This document shows positions 24,313 through 36,201 of a DNA stretch of 64,000 nucleotides, in pieces. Under the pieces are notes generated by a model. It searched no databases, was not told the origin of the DNA, and was given only the letters and a program-made list of their open reading frames with translations. This DNA comes from Macrostomum lignano (Eukaryota). Numbering within the stretch: the first letter of the stretch is position 1; each line of letters opens with the position of its first letter. The stretch lies in NCBI GenBank assembly GCA_002269645.1, contig NIVC01000665.1:346033-410032 (forward strand), given 5' to 3'. Made by a program: the position numbers and the translations under genes.

Positions 24313-25187
24313 TTTAAGACTCCCTGATTCGCTGACATTCTTAGCTTATTGTCTTGGTTTCAATGCGCTTTTGCAGTCAATAAACGATTGTTTTTAAATA
24401 ATGATGACAGCATTTTGTTTGATTGCCTTCATCTCTCTTTCTTAATTAAAATGTTCATGATACAGCCTTGTTTTTTATTATCATTTTGTGCTTTTAAGCT
24501 GTTTTTAGGGTCAGTGCGGTAGTGGCTCACCAAAGGGTTGTCAATGAGGTCATCTTGATAAGCAAACTGGATGTACTCCGTCCGGCTCCGTCCTAAACGC
24601 AGCTCCGTTCCTGCCGACATGGTCAGCTGGGCTGGCCATAGACTATAGCTAGAATCTTAATGCGCCTCTGTGCAAAGCCTTTCTAGCCGAGAAGGGAGCA
24701 TTTTATACTACTCGGCTTGGACAGATCTAGCTAGGGTCGAAAAAAGCAGTTTCAAAGTGCATTTCACTTAATGCTCACTATCTAGATTATGCAGTGTGTA
24801 CACTCGATATCTAGCAATAGACACTACAGTTCACTTTAAAATCTGCAAACAGGCCTTTTTGAAATAGAACGCACTGCACTTCCTTAATACGAGTAGTGCA
24901 TCATTTTATTGAAAAGTAAATCAGCTACAACCATGAAAATTTTGCATACATCGGATTATGAGACTGGCGATGTCATCACAGAGAATGCTGAAACCGAGTC
25001 GCTGCATTCCATTGCAGATAAGTATGACTTTTTTCACGCATTTTTCGTATGACCAGCGCTGCTGATCATGCTCGGCAGGAGCGGCTACTGTGCAGCTCAT
25101 AACTTTTCTTTTACCATAGACTCCAAAAAATTACCATCAGTAAAGGTTGTTGGTCCATGGTCAGCTCTGCTGACTATCCGGCAGCTT

Positions 25188-26092
25188 ACCACGTAGCATC
25201 CCATGCAGCAGTCTTGCAATCAGAAGCCAGTCACAGTCCACCACATAGCATCCCATGCAGCAGTCTTGCAATCAGAAGCCAGTCACAGTCCACCACATAG
25301 CATCCCATGCAGCAGTCTTGCAATCAGAAGCCAGTCACAGTCCACCACATAGCATCCCATGCAGCAGTCTTGCAATCAGAAGTCAGTCACAGTCCACCAC
25401 ATAGCATCCCATGCAGCAGTCTTGCAATCAGAAGCCAGTCACAGTCCACCACGTAGCATCCCATGCAGCAGTCTTGCAATCAGAAGCCAGTCAGTCACAG
25501 TCCACCACGTAGCATCCCATGCAGCAGTCTTGCAATCAGAAGCCAGTCACAGTCCACCACGTAGCATCCCATGCAGCAGTCTTGCAATCAGAAGCCAGTC
25601 ACAGTCCACCACATAGCATCCCATGCAGCAGTCTTGCAATCAGAAGACAGTCACAGTCCACCACATAGCATCCCACGCAGCAGTCTTGCAATCGGTAGCC
25701 AGCCAGTCACAGTCCACCACAGCATCCCATGCAGCAGTCTTGCAATCGGTAGCCAGCCAGTCACAGTCCACCACATAGCATCCCATGCAGCAGTCTTGCA
25801 ATCGGTAGCCAGCCAGTCACAGTCCACCACATAGCATCCCATGCAGCAGTCTTGCAATCGGTAGCCAGCCAGTCACAGTCCACCACATAGCATCCCATGC
25901 AGCAGTCTTGCAATCGGTAGCCAGCCAGTCACAGTCCACCACAGCATCCCATGCAGCAGTCTTGCAATCGGTAGCCAGCCAGTCACAGTCCACCACATAG
26001 CATCCCATGCAGCAGTCTTGCAATCGGTAGCCAGTCAGTCACAGTCCACCACATAGCATCCCATGCAGCAGTCTTGCAATCGGTAGCCAGTC
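25188..26092. repeat. 52-56 bp minisatellite (~17 copies) ending ~18 nt before the FMO start codon
   Basis: Unit CACATAGCATCCCATGCAGCAGTCTTGCAATC(AGAAGCC|GGTAGCCAGCC)AGTCACAGTCCAC. Confidence 0.95.
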
Positions 26093-26110
26093 AAAGTCTG
26101 AAACTCAAAC

Positions 26111-28180
26111 ATGCAGCAGTCGCAACAGCAGCCCAAGTCGGTTGCCATCATTGGCGCCGGAGTCTCAGGCCTGGCGGCGGCAGCCAGTGCCTTGCGCGAG
26201 GGCCTGGCGCCAACCGTGTTCGACTCGGCGCCAGGCCTAGGCGGCATGTGGGACCCCGACCTGCGGCCTTGTTGGCAGTCGATGCGAGTCAACGTGTCCA
26301 AGTTCAGCACGGTGCTGTCTGATTATCCATGGCCGCGAGAGGCGCCACTGTTCCCTAGTCAGGTGATTGTATATATTTAATACGCCATGTATATCACGGC
26401 AGTTTAAGCAGGAGCCAAGGTGTGGTTTGAGCTTACGTCGTTGCCCAAAATGTTCCCCATTAGAGTCAAGTACAAAAAAGCGCTGTATTTTAACCAAACA
26501 GCGTACTTATTTAATAAAATGATTCACCAAATCAGTGTCTAAAAGTTCGGGGTCGGGTCGGGTTTTGGTACCGTGTTCGGGTTTGAAAAAATGTTCGGGT
26601 CGGGGTTTGGGGTTAACCGTCCCGAACACCCCTACTTTTGAGTTGGAACTAAAAAAGGTTTAGCATGGCTTTGTTTTAACCATTCTATCGCTACCTAGGC
26701 ACACGTGTTTCTCCATCTCAATTCTAGAGACAATTATTTAAGTAGTTACGAGTATCGTGCTTCGATTGCGTTGTTTTGCAATCGGTTGTTTTATAACGCA
26801 ATCCTGTTGGCAGTCGATGCTTGACTTACCAAGAACTCCGCTCCGAATTCCTTAGTTATTACACTTCTGACAGCAAAGTTTATGCACTTCGTATCATTAC
26901 GCACTTCGCAGGCTTCGGTGCACGCGTACTTAAGAGAGTACGCCCGAACTCGAATCCCGGCCGACGTTATGCGGTTTGGAGTTCGCGTCGTCCGGGTTGA
27001 GCGCAACCCGAACGGCTCCGGCTGGTTTTTGCAGACGACAGCCGCAGGCGATGCTTCTGCAACCACCCGCCTGTTCGATTTCGTCATCGTGGCGTCGGGC
27101 TTCTTTGCCGAGCCGTCGCTGCCGGCTGGCCTGGAGCAGCGGCTTCACCAAGCTGGGGATGGCCTCGTCAAGGGCGTCCTGCACAGCAGCCAGTACCGCG
27201 GCAACTTCCAGGTGGCCAATCGTCGAGTTGTAGTTGTTGGCAGCTCGCTGAGCGCGTCTGAGATCGCCGCGGACGCGGCTCTGACAGCTAGCGAGCTGGT
27301 GCACATCGCGCCGCACGGATTCTGGGCGTTGCCGCGCATCATCGTGGCTCAAGCCAGCGACAGCTGCCCCGCTGCACCAGATTTTGTGCCGCTTGATGTG
27401 GCGTTCTACCGGGCTGTTGAGAGGGAAACCATTGGCGAAGTCGTGAGTACAAAGCGATGAAAATTGAAAGTACAGTATACATGTAAGCATTAGACCAAGA
27501 CAAACCTACTTACGAGCTACACTTGGTACTGAATATTAATAGTTACGGCATAAACTGTTGTTATTCATCGTTATTAGCACGTAGTGCATCTTTTCGCGAT
27601 CATTTTTCAACCTGTATAAGGGTTGGAAGTCTGAAAAGAAAACTATAGAGCTCCAGATCAGCCTGAGTACAAGAATAAGTGTAGTATTCTGACTTAACCA
27701 AGCGTATAATGTACAATAGTTAGACAGCCAAACGTCCACGGGCGAATTTCGTAGACCCTTAAAGTCGCTTGCAAGTCACAAGGGCAAATGAAATTTTGCA
27801 TCTTCAGAAAATCCGCACCCCGGGGAACTGGGCCAAGATGTCGGCTTACTTCGAGTCCGTCTGCGGTGGCCGGCGTCAGCTGTGCTGCGGGTCCGTCACT
27901 ACCGACTCGCCCCAGTGGATCACCATCTCGGATCTGTACCACCAGCTGCTGGCCGCCGGCAAGATTCGACTCGTCTTCGGCCGAGTCGCTAGCCTGAGCT
28001 CTGACCGCCTGCGGCTGTTGAACTCCAGCGAGCCAATCGAGCTCGGGCCCGACGATGTCGTCATCCTGTGCAGCGGCTACCGGCCTCGACTGCACTTTTT
28101 GGCGCCTGACGTCCTGGCCGAGCTGCTACAGGCCAACCAAGGCCAAGGTGACTAACTAACTAACTAGCTACTGTAACTAT

Positions 28181-28262
<82 letters not shown>

Positions 28263-28657
28263 TACTAACTAACTAACTAACTAACTAACTTACTAACTAA
28301 CTAACTAACTAAATACTTTGGCTCATACCTTGTCGCCACTCTTCAGACGATCGTCAATTAAATGACACCTTCTGCCCGCTGCTGCTGCACCAGTGCATTC
28401 TGCACCCGAACTTGCCGGGCCTCGCCTTCGTCGGGATGTACCGCGGTCCCTTCTGGTCAGTCATCGAGCTGCAGGCCCGTCGCGTGGCCGCAATCTTTTC
28501 CGGTTCGGAGCCAGCGCCCAGCCAGGCCGAGATGGCCGCTGGGGTGGCCTCGGAGCTGCTGGTTCGGGACCAGCGGCCCAGGCCGCAGTTTCCGCACCCG
28601 GATCTGGTGGGGATGTGCAACGATTTGTTTGGTGAGCGAGACAGTGGGGCAGCATAG
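26111..28657 (+). CDS. Flavin-containing monooxygenase (class B). Exons 26111-26362, 26912-27442, 27808-28147, 28347-~28657; 3' end uncertain
   Basis: FAD motif VAIIGAGVSGL, FMO-like KGVLHSSQYR, NADPH motif VVVVGSSLSASEIA, VILCSGY, GLAFVGMYRGPFWSVIELQAR; junctions in phase. Confidence 0.85.
26544..26636 (-). mobile_element. hAT-like terminal fragment in FMO intron 1
   Basis: Minus strand begins TAGGGGTGTTCGGG followed by CCCGA(A/C)CC subterminal repeats. Confidence 0.35.
28152..28312. repeat. (TAAC)n microsatellite in FMO intron 3
   Basis: Seen directly; reverse complement of the (TTAG)n array at 50270-51070. Confidence 0.95.
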
Positions 28658-29359
28658 GGTTGATTCGGACTCGAGTCTGAGTATAAGTGAGGCCTGTTCT
28701 GAGCAGATAAAGTGCTCCGGATTCAAACCAGAAAACACCGGGCTCGAGGTCCAGGTGTGGCCGCATTATTTGATGCCTGGGGGAAGTGAGTTAACTTTCC
28801 GGAGCAACAAAATAGAGCAGAAGCTACTGGTAAAGAAAACCCAAGTGAACTTGATTCCTTAGAGTCTCGAAATAAACGAATTTTGGAAGGTTCTCGCATT
28901 TTACTTGCCTGTAAAGGTGAAGACGACTCAGGCAACGAGAAGCATTTGCGTTTGCTATCTAACTTCATTAACGGAAGCTCGGCCACATTACTTTGGAGTT
29001 CGTGCGCAAGTTCGCTTTCACAAGCTCGGAATGTCACATTGTCGAAGAGACTAACTTCATAAGATCTAAAACCAAAAAATTAATAAACTTGAAAGCGATT
29101 AGCCATGAAAATTTCTACTATTGTTTCACACTGGCCCTACAAACCTGATTTTCATTCGATTTATCAAATTTAGTGAGTCATAAATCAATTTATTTCGCCA
29201 AAAAACCGCTCCCTAAGCCCATTTGGGCGCACAGAGACTTGATGAGAAACAGAGTTTCACAAAAAAGTAGAGGCCAAAAAGTTTTCGACGATTGGATTGC
29301 TTGTGCAACGCCTTGAGATTTTTCTTCAGACTCAAAGCGAAATTGGCGTTGCGTAACAA

Positions 29360-31075
29360 CTGCCTCCTCCCTGGCTGCAGGCTGAGCGTCCAAAGCCCCT
29401 CTGGGACCAACTAACTTAAGTAAGCATTCATTGAGCTTTCTGGAGATAATGAAGTTCAAGATCGAGCTGAAAAGGATCTATCCAAGCCAGAAGCAGACCG
29501 AGGAACTTTTTACTGGTAATAAATTCTAGCCTCGGCCGATTGGCATTCTGCATGCAGTCAAAGTCCATCGGCGGGGCGGACAACAAAGGATTTCACAGCG
29601 CAAACAAAAATAAATGGCGTGTTAACCCTATGTGAATTGAGCTAGAGTTTTCAGTCCGAGCCATTTCCCTTTACGTTGGGACTTACACGTAGAACTTTGA
29701 AATTCCTAGACTGCTGTGAACTGTTTATCGGCGCACCCCTTCTGAAGCTCACGAGTCGCTATTGTTCTTCAGGTCACGCTGTCTGGCTATCTGGCTAGAA
29801 CTGCCTAGCGGTAGCCTTGCAGAACGGTTTTCTAGAAAAGCCTTCTAGAAAAGCCTTCTATATAGAACCGGGACGCTTCTATTAACCTGAGACCATCAAG
29901 AAAAAAGTAAAGTGACAGTCTGAAGCGCAGCTAATTTAATTGGATTAAGAAAGCCAAAAAAACTCTCAGAAATCTTCAACTTTCGCTCGCTCGTACATAT
30001 GAGTTGTGGGGACTTACTACTGGCGGGGGCACAGACGCGATTTGGCCGCGTGGCCCATCAATATCATGTCTCCAAGAAGTCCAACAGACCTGGAGAAAGT
30101 ATGCAAAACTCAGCTTTTGAAGTTTCGAGCTTGTAAAACGCCCCCCCCCCGTATCCGGAAATAGGCCGGAGGCTTGTCGTGCGATTTTGCGATTGTGTGC
30201 CAAACCACAAGGCACAGAATGTATAGGAGCACACGCCTTAACATGAGAAAGTCAGAGCTGCTGTTTGAGCTACTCTACGTGAGCGTGTGCCTACTACGTA
30301 AACACTTGCATGCCTCCTCCCTGGCTGCAGATCGAGCGTCCAAAGCCCCCTCTGCGACTTACTAATTTCAGTAAGCATCCATGAAAGTTTTTGAGGCTGG
30401 CGAAGTTCAAGATCGAACTAAAATGAATCTTTCCGAGCCAGGAGCTGACGGGAAAACAGTTAACTAGCTTTTAAAAGCAAGTCTCAAGCAATTGGCATAC
30501 TGCATCCAGTCAGAATCGATCGATCGCCTAGGTCAGACTGATGGCGGGGCAAACAGCCAAGGGTTTCGCGCAGCGCAAAAAAAAATAAATGGTTTTGACT
30601 ATGCAAAAGTCGAGTTTTCAGCCTGCTGTGACGAGACATTTCCCTTTATACATGTAAGTTGGGACTTACATGATGAACTTTGAAATTCCCTTGCTTGTGA
30701 GTTACTTATCAATGCACCCCTTCTAAAGCTCACGATGGCTAGAACTGCCTTGCAGTAGCTTTTCAGTTATTTTTTCTTAGAAAGCCTTTCACTGTAATCG
30801 AGATATGTCAGCAAGAAAACTTTAGCAGGTCACTTTTAAGAAGAATACAAGGTACTTAGTACTCAGTCGAGTAGGTAATTTAAAAAGTCAGTTAAAAGTC
30901 GTTTCCTTTGTTTGCTTTTCAAAATGAAAGACCCATCACAATATCAATAATTATATTTCTCAAAAACCAAAACGCTTCTTTTAATCTGAAACCAGCAAGA
31001 AAAAGGAAATTGACAGTCTGGAATGCGGAAAACTTTATTGGATTAAAAAAAGCCAAAAAAACAGTCTTAGAAATT
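29360..31075 (+). repeat. Diverged direct duplication: ~29360-29965 and ~30310-31075
   Basis: Shared colinear blocks GCCTCCTCCCTGGCTGCAG, GAGCGTCCAAAGCCCC, GAAGTTCAAGATCGA, CTTTGAAATTCC, GCACCCCTTCT, GGCTAGAACTGCCT, AAAGCCAAAAAAAC. Confidence 0.8.
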
Positions 31076-31371
31076 TGCTACCTTACTAAGTAATACGAGC
31101 TAAAAACCTAAACAGTTGAGGAATTTTTAAATTTACGAGTCGTAGTATCCATTACAATGTCAAAAAATAAATTTCTGAAAAACCAATGCGTCTCTCCTAA
31201 ATGAAAACTATCAAGCAAATTAAAGTGAGGAAATAGAAACCCAAACGATGGAAGAGGAAAAGCACAGTACTCAGCTATTAGCCTAATTGACCGACTCCAT
31301 AGTCAAGAGCGAGGGAAAACTCGAAAAATTGTCTCTCGTATCTTCAAACTGACTCCTTGCTTCACGCAGCC

Positions 31372-33659
31372 TCACTTTGAAGGGCTGCTCAGTCCATTGC
31401 GGTTCAGTCTACGAAGGAATCGCTGCCTGCGAGCTGCCAGTTGCCGTAGCCGCCGGTTGTGCACTCGAATTCGGCACCGGATTGCCGTGGCCCGTTGAGC
31501 GAGGCGTCGGCGCTTCGCCGCGATGGCGCGGATTCGACTGACCAGATTGTCGCGTTGAATACGCAAACTGGCGTTGTTGGTAGCGCTGACTCGGGCGCCT
31601 CGCTTTATGGCTTTTGATGAGGGCACCTTTGGAAAATGGATAGTTAATCATTTTTGAAAAATGAAAACTCCGATTTGTAAGCACCTTATTGACTGTCTAG
31701 ATACGTTTTTGGTTTCTTGGATGAAAATCGCTCCATTTCGTCCTGATAGTGGTCGAAATTGATAATTGATAATAAGGTGAAAAGTCAACTCAAGTGCCGG
31801 AATATAGACCGAAGTAAGGCTCTGGAACAATCTGACTGCTATTGCATGGTGACTTTCGACTAGAAATTCTGGGAGCGCAGAGTCGACCTGGATGGGATGT
31901 CGATTTTAGTCGATTGGTCTGACAAGTTATCGAGTGCGGTCTGTTTGGTCGGGAACTTTACGTCGGCTACTATTCAAGATCTTGCTTCGACATAAACTTA
32001 AAAGCTGAGGCACAGAAGCTATCGGTTTACAACATTTTAACGACCTCACGCACCTGTTTCTGTTTGGGTACTTTGGTCAAAACTATGAAGCTTCCCAGAG
32101 TCCTCCTCTGTCCTGTCTCCGTTGCGTCAATTAGTCGTTCAAGTTGTCGACGTCTTACGCGGAGTCGGAACAGCCTACGCCGCAAACGAAACTGCCGATG
32201 CCGGATGTAAATCTTGCGGGTCTTAAGCAAGTCTATTTTCTTATATTCGTAACGCAGATGCGATTCAATGTGCTTCATTCGATTGTCGATTCGGTCAGCT
32301 AATGTCATGTGGGTTTTAACCTTTGGTTTCGGAGCAATCTTTAGCAATTCTACGTGTTCACGCAGCCCAAGTCTGGACAAAAGAGTACTGTACCTTGTTA
32401 CTGCCTTGTGCATCTCTTTGTCATATTTTTTTCTGATTAATCAACTCCTGAGTCTTCAGGGCGTTGAGCCTTTTCTGCCCAATGTTTTTCTTACTCTGTC
32501 GCAGTAGCGCAAGTTTTTTCTCGATATTGGCTACTTTGCGTCGAGAAAGCAGCATAGCTCTTATAAAATGCCTGAAATCAGCCATATAGGTATAGATCCG
32601 AGTAGCAAAGCGCGTCACATCCGCTCGGCTAGTCACGTCCAGGTGCCGACGACTGGAAATCGGATCGTCTTTTATGCTAAACCTGGCGAGCCGTCGCAAG
32701 TCGTATGGCTTCCATCTCTCTATGAATTGTTCCATGGGCCAGTATCGCTCATTGCTATCTGCCAGCTGAAGACGAACCCGCTTTTTGAGCAAAGCGATTC
32801 GTCTCCAAAAAATTTGCCGCCTTTTCGACAGTCGCCTAATGCGACGGCGCAGCGCTGCCTGTTGAATAAGCAGAATGCGCTTGGACGGCTGCTGGGAAGT
32901 CCGAACCTCAGTCTTTGTGATATTGGCAGACTTGCTCTCACCCAGCTTCATGCGAGCTCTCTCTGTCTGAGCAATGCTACTATGTTTAGCCAGAGCTGCC
33001 ATTCGAATTTTGAGCTGTTTCAACCGTTCGTCCACGACTTGTTCGTGTCTTTTAATTCGATTGATCCGGAATCTGAAAAGCAGGGATCGCCTCATGTCGC
33101 GCAACCACGCTCTCTCCCCTTCTCGGAAGCGTTTGTTCCACTCGGTGACGGATTGGCTTCTGATGTGCAGCTTTCTTGGCTTGATGACTCCGTTTTGCTT
33201 GCGATAGCTGCTAGCTGCTTTGGTGCCTTTCAGCTGCTTCTCCAGCATATTTCTGAGCTGCGTTATCTGTCCCAGAAGATTCCTGTTTTGCTCAGAGGCT
33301 TGAGATCGGGCTTTCCTGAATTCCCGAATCAGCACTCGAAACTGATTGTTCGCCTGCACTCCATTCGACTCTGGAAAGCAGTGGTGCGGATAGCCATATA
33401 GGATTTATTTCGTCTTTTTGTGCCTCATATCTATACCATATATAATCAAAAACGATTTTTATGAGACTGAGATGACTTAAATGGGTCCAGTCGCAGTAAA
33501 AAAATCGAAAAAGGATATATTGCGGAAGTTCAAGCAAGTTGAAAATTTACCAGAATGTTTGCCGTGTTTAATGGCTGCTCCGCTGCAAAACTGGAAAATC
33601 TCTCCGAAAATCAGCAAGCCAGCGAAAATCAATAGATGAACTGCTCTAATCTGGACCAT
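31372..33659 (-). CDS. Orphan, probably secreted Arg/Lys-rich coiled-coil protein (~560 aa). Exons 33551-33659, ~32054-33370 (one extra A at ~32426-32432), 31372-31626
   Basis: Exon 1 MVQIRAVHLLIFAGLLIFGEIFQFCSGA is signal-peptide-like; GT at 33550 and TTCCAG at 33371 join in phase; three consecutive ORFs share the same R/K/L/I-rich composition. The last junction is less certain. Confidence 0.6.
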
Positions 33660-34082
33660 CTTAACTCGTTTTGTTTAGCAGCTCAATACGCAAAGTAAAT
33701 GTAGAGTCAATTCTTCCACTTTCCATCAGTTTTTCCACTTTTGCACACTGCTGGGAAATTAAAGCTAAAGAGTCTGAGTTTGGGCAGTTCTACTTTATTC
33801 GTTATGGCTATTTATACACGGCGAGGATCGGGTGGCAGCGCATGGAGGTGTAATTCATTTCATTGGTTGACTGAATTGATTAAAATACAAATACTACTGG
33901 AAGGGAAGTCGTCCTTGAAGGGTAGCTGCTCGTAGCTTTATCCGGTTTGAAATATTGACAAATTTTGCAATACATGCATATGGGTTTAAGTTACGCTACG
34001 AGCGTATCTCCTTTACTTACAAATACTTTAATTTCCACCCTCTATCATCCTCTCTGACCAAACTTTCCTCACAATCTATTAG

Positions 34083-34639
34083 GCAGTCAGCCCGCCTTCA
34101 GCAGCCACCTGCTGGCCAACGCGTACCGCCGCGGCGGCCCAGACCCCGACGTGTCGGCGGAGCTGGCCGCCGTCTGCGCCGACCCGGACGGCAGCTTAGC
34201 GGCCTCAGCCATCGCTCGGGCGCTGCACTCGACTCGCTGGCAGTTCTGTCGACGTCGCCAATCAGACGGTACGGTTACAGAGGCCGAGAAAGAGGAAGGC
34301 ACGGCGGAGTTTTTCGGCTCTCAGGACGATGATCCGGGACGCGGACTGACGCTGCAGTACCGAGAAAGTCTTCCCGCTGGCCAGTGGCTCTTCCAGTTAG
34401 CATTCAAGGAGCTGCAACCAGCCAGCACGCTGAGCCTGTTGAACAAGCCGGAGGGACTGCCATTCCGTCTCCGACTGAGCAGATCGACCGAGGGCTGGCT
34501 GGCCGAGGCCTTTGGCTGGCAGTTCTGCTTCGCTTTCCGGGGAATACAGCTGGAGAGGTTCTCACTGCTAAGGGAAGAGGCTGAGGGCTACTGCAGGCTA
34601 GCTGAGTACCAGCCAATGGTGTTACTGAGGAATATCTGA
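34083..34639 (+). CDS. Uncharacterised protein exon (~185 aa); upstream exon possibly ~33781-33847
   Basis: GC-rich open frame after a CTATTAG acceptor; no recognised domain; start codon not found. Confidence 0.4.
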
Positions 34640-34815
34640 TGGCTAGGTTCGTGGATAGACTAAATCGACCAATTTTTTTTGATTAGTAGCTACAGAACTT
34701 TTCCGCGATATCACTACCTTTCTTTTGATTAGTCAAAATAAATTAAGAATCGGTGATTGATAAATTTATCGTTCGAAACTGCATCTTTCGCGTGTTCGGT
34801 GTGTACCCATGATTC

Positions 34816-35689
34816 TATGAGGACAAGTGAAAAAGCTAATCAGAATAGTAATGTCACGAGCTTCAAGCCTCCTCCCAGGTCAGGCACTTCTGCATGCACC
34901 ATTGCCCTCCCTCCAGGTCGTTCGTGTGGAATGCAGGAGGCTGCGCAGCAAGCCACCTGCGCGGCAACCTTCTTGGTAGCCTCTCTGCAGTCGAGTCGGA
35001 TTCCCTTGATCGCCTCCTTTAGTTTCGGAAAGAAAAAAGGCTCGTAACAGATGATGTTTGATAGATTTTGGGCTAGGAAGTCAACCATCACAACTCCCGC
35101 ATAATCTCAGAAGACTGCAGACTCTTTGACACGGAACTTCTTGCAAGGGCCCGCTGATCTGAACATCGTAGCATCCACTCATTGAATGGTACTTAGGAGT
35201 AATATCGATGCATTATCACTGCATGGTCACCAAGCGCTGGTAGAGTCTTTGGAGTCGGCGTTCACGCAGTTAGATTGTCAGACTGACGGCACACTCAGTG
35301 CGCTGAACCAGATGTTCAGGCCTCAACCGGCGCGAGAGGCCCAACGGGCTTTCAGCTTGTTCAGACCAAGAGTGTCGGTCTGAACAAGATACACAAAAGA
35401 GAGTGAGCACTTCAGAGAGATGCCCATTTGAGCAAAAATCTGGTCTATGGTCACGCGGCGTTCCTGCTCAATCATGTACTGCACAGCTGCCACGGTTTTC
35501 TCTGTGCGCGGTGTTGTTAGTGTTCCAGATCATATTGAGCATCTACGAACCATCGGCCTTACTATAAAGTGCCTGAATCGTTCGGTGAACTGTCGGATCT
35601 GGTAAAACCAAATGAAACCATTTGCACGTCAATACATCATATGTTTTAGAGTTTCAAAAAAATTATTACTTTTTTACTTCGCTCTCGTA
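34816..35689 (-). mobile_element. Internally deleted, decayed mariner transposon
   Basis: Degenerate TIRs TACGAGAGCGAAGTAAAAAAGTAAT / TATGAGGACAAGTGAAAAGCTAAT; transposase traces TVAAVQYMIEQERRVTIDQI, LGLNKLKARW, VVMVDFL, FFFPKLKEAIKGIR. Confidence 0.8.
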
Positions 35690-36201
35690 TTTTTACTATT
35701 AGTAAAGATTTCAAGTAAACAGATCGATTTTTGAAATTTTGCTTAATATAGCATGGCTATTTTACTGCTCCATTGCCTTCCATAAACCTTTGTCTGCAAA
35801 AATAAGTGATTTGTAAAATCTAAACCAAGCTAATATTCGATTAAATTTACTCTCCAGAAATCAAATTCCATTTAAGATTTGTCTAATTTCCTTCGAAGCC
35901 GAAGCCACAACAAGTAGAAACTTGCGTTTGCTGCTTGAGAGCAAACGGTATTATTTAGCGTAAAAATATTGCTTCAAATTATAGCGTTTTTTCATATTTT
36001 TACATAGTAAAGTATTGTAGTTTCGTTTTACAAAAAGGTTTGTTTTATTGAATAATGATTTAGTTTTCCTCGCACCAAATTTAAAACTTTATTTACTTCA
36101 CAAATTACTTACGCTGATTACTTGTGCGGCGGCAATATTTATTTGTATTGTAACTTACTGTATACTTATCAACTCCTTACGGTACCAGTAAACTTGTAAA
36201 G

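Noticed and set aside
32421-32435. Euplotes-type programmed +1 frameshift at AAA AAA ATA TGA
   Set aside because: The stop does not directly follow AAA; a homopolymer error is simpler
32568-33401. 277-aa plus-strand ORF
   Set aside because: Antisense shadow of the cationic gene; no independent signals
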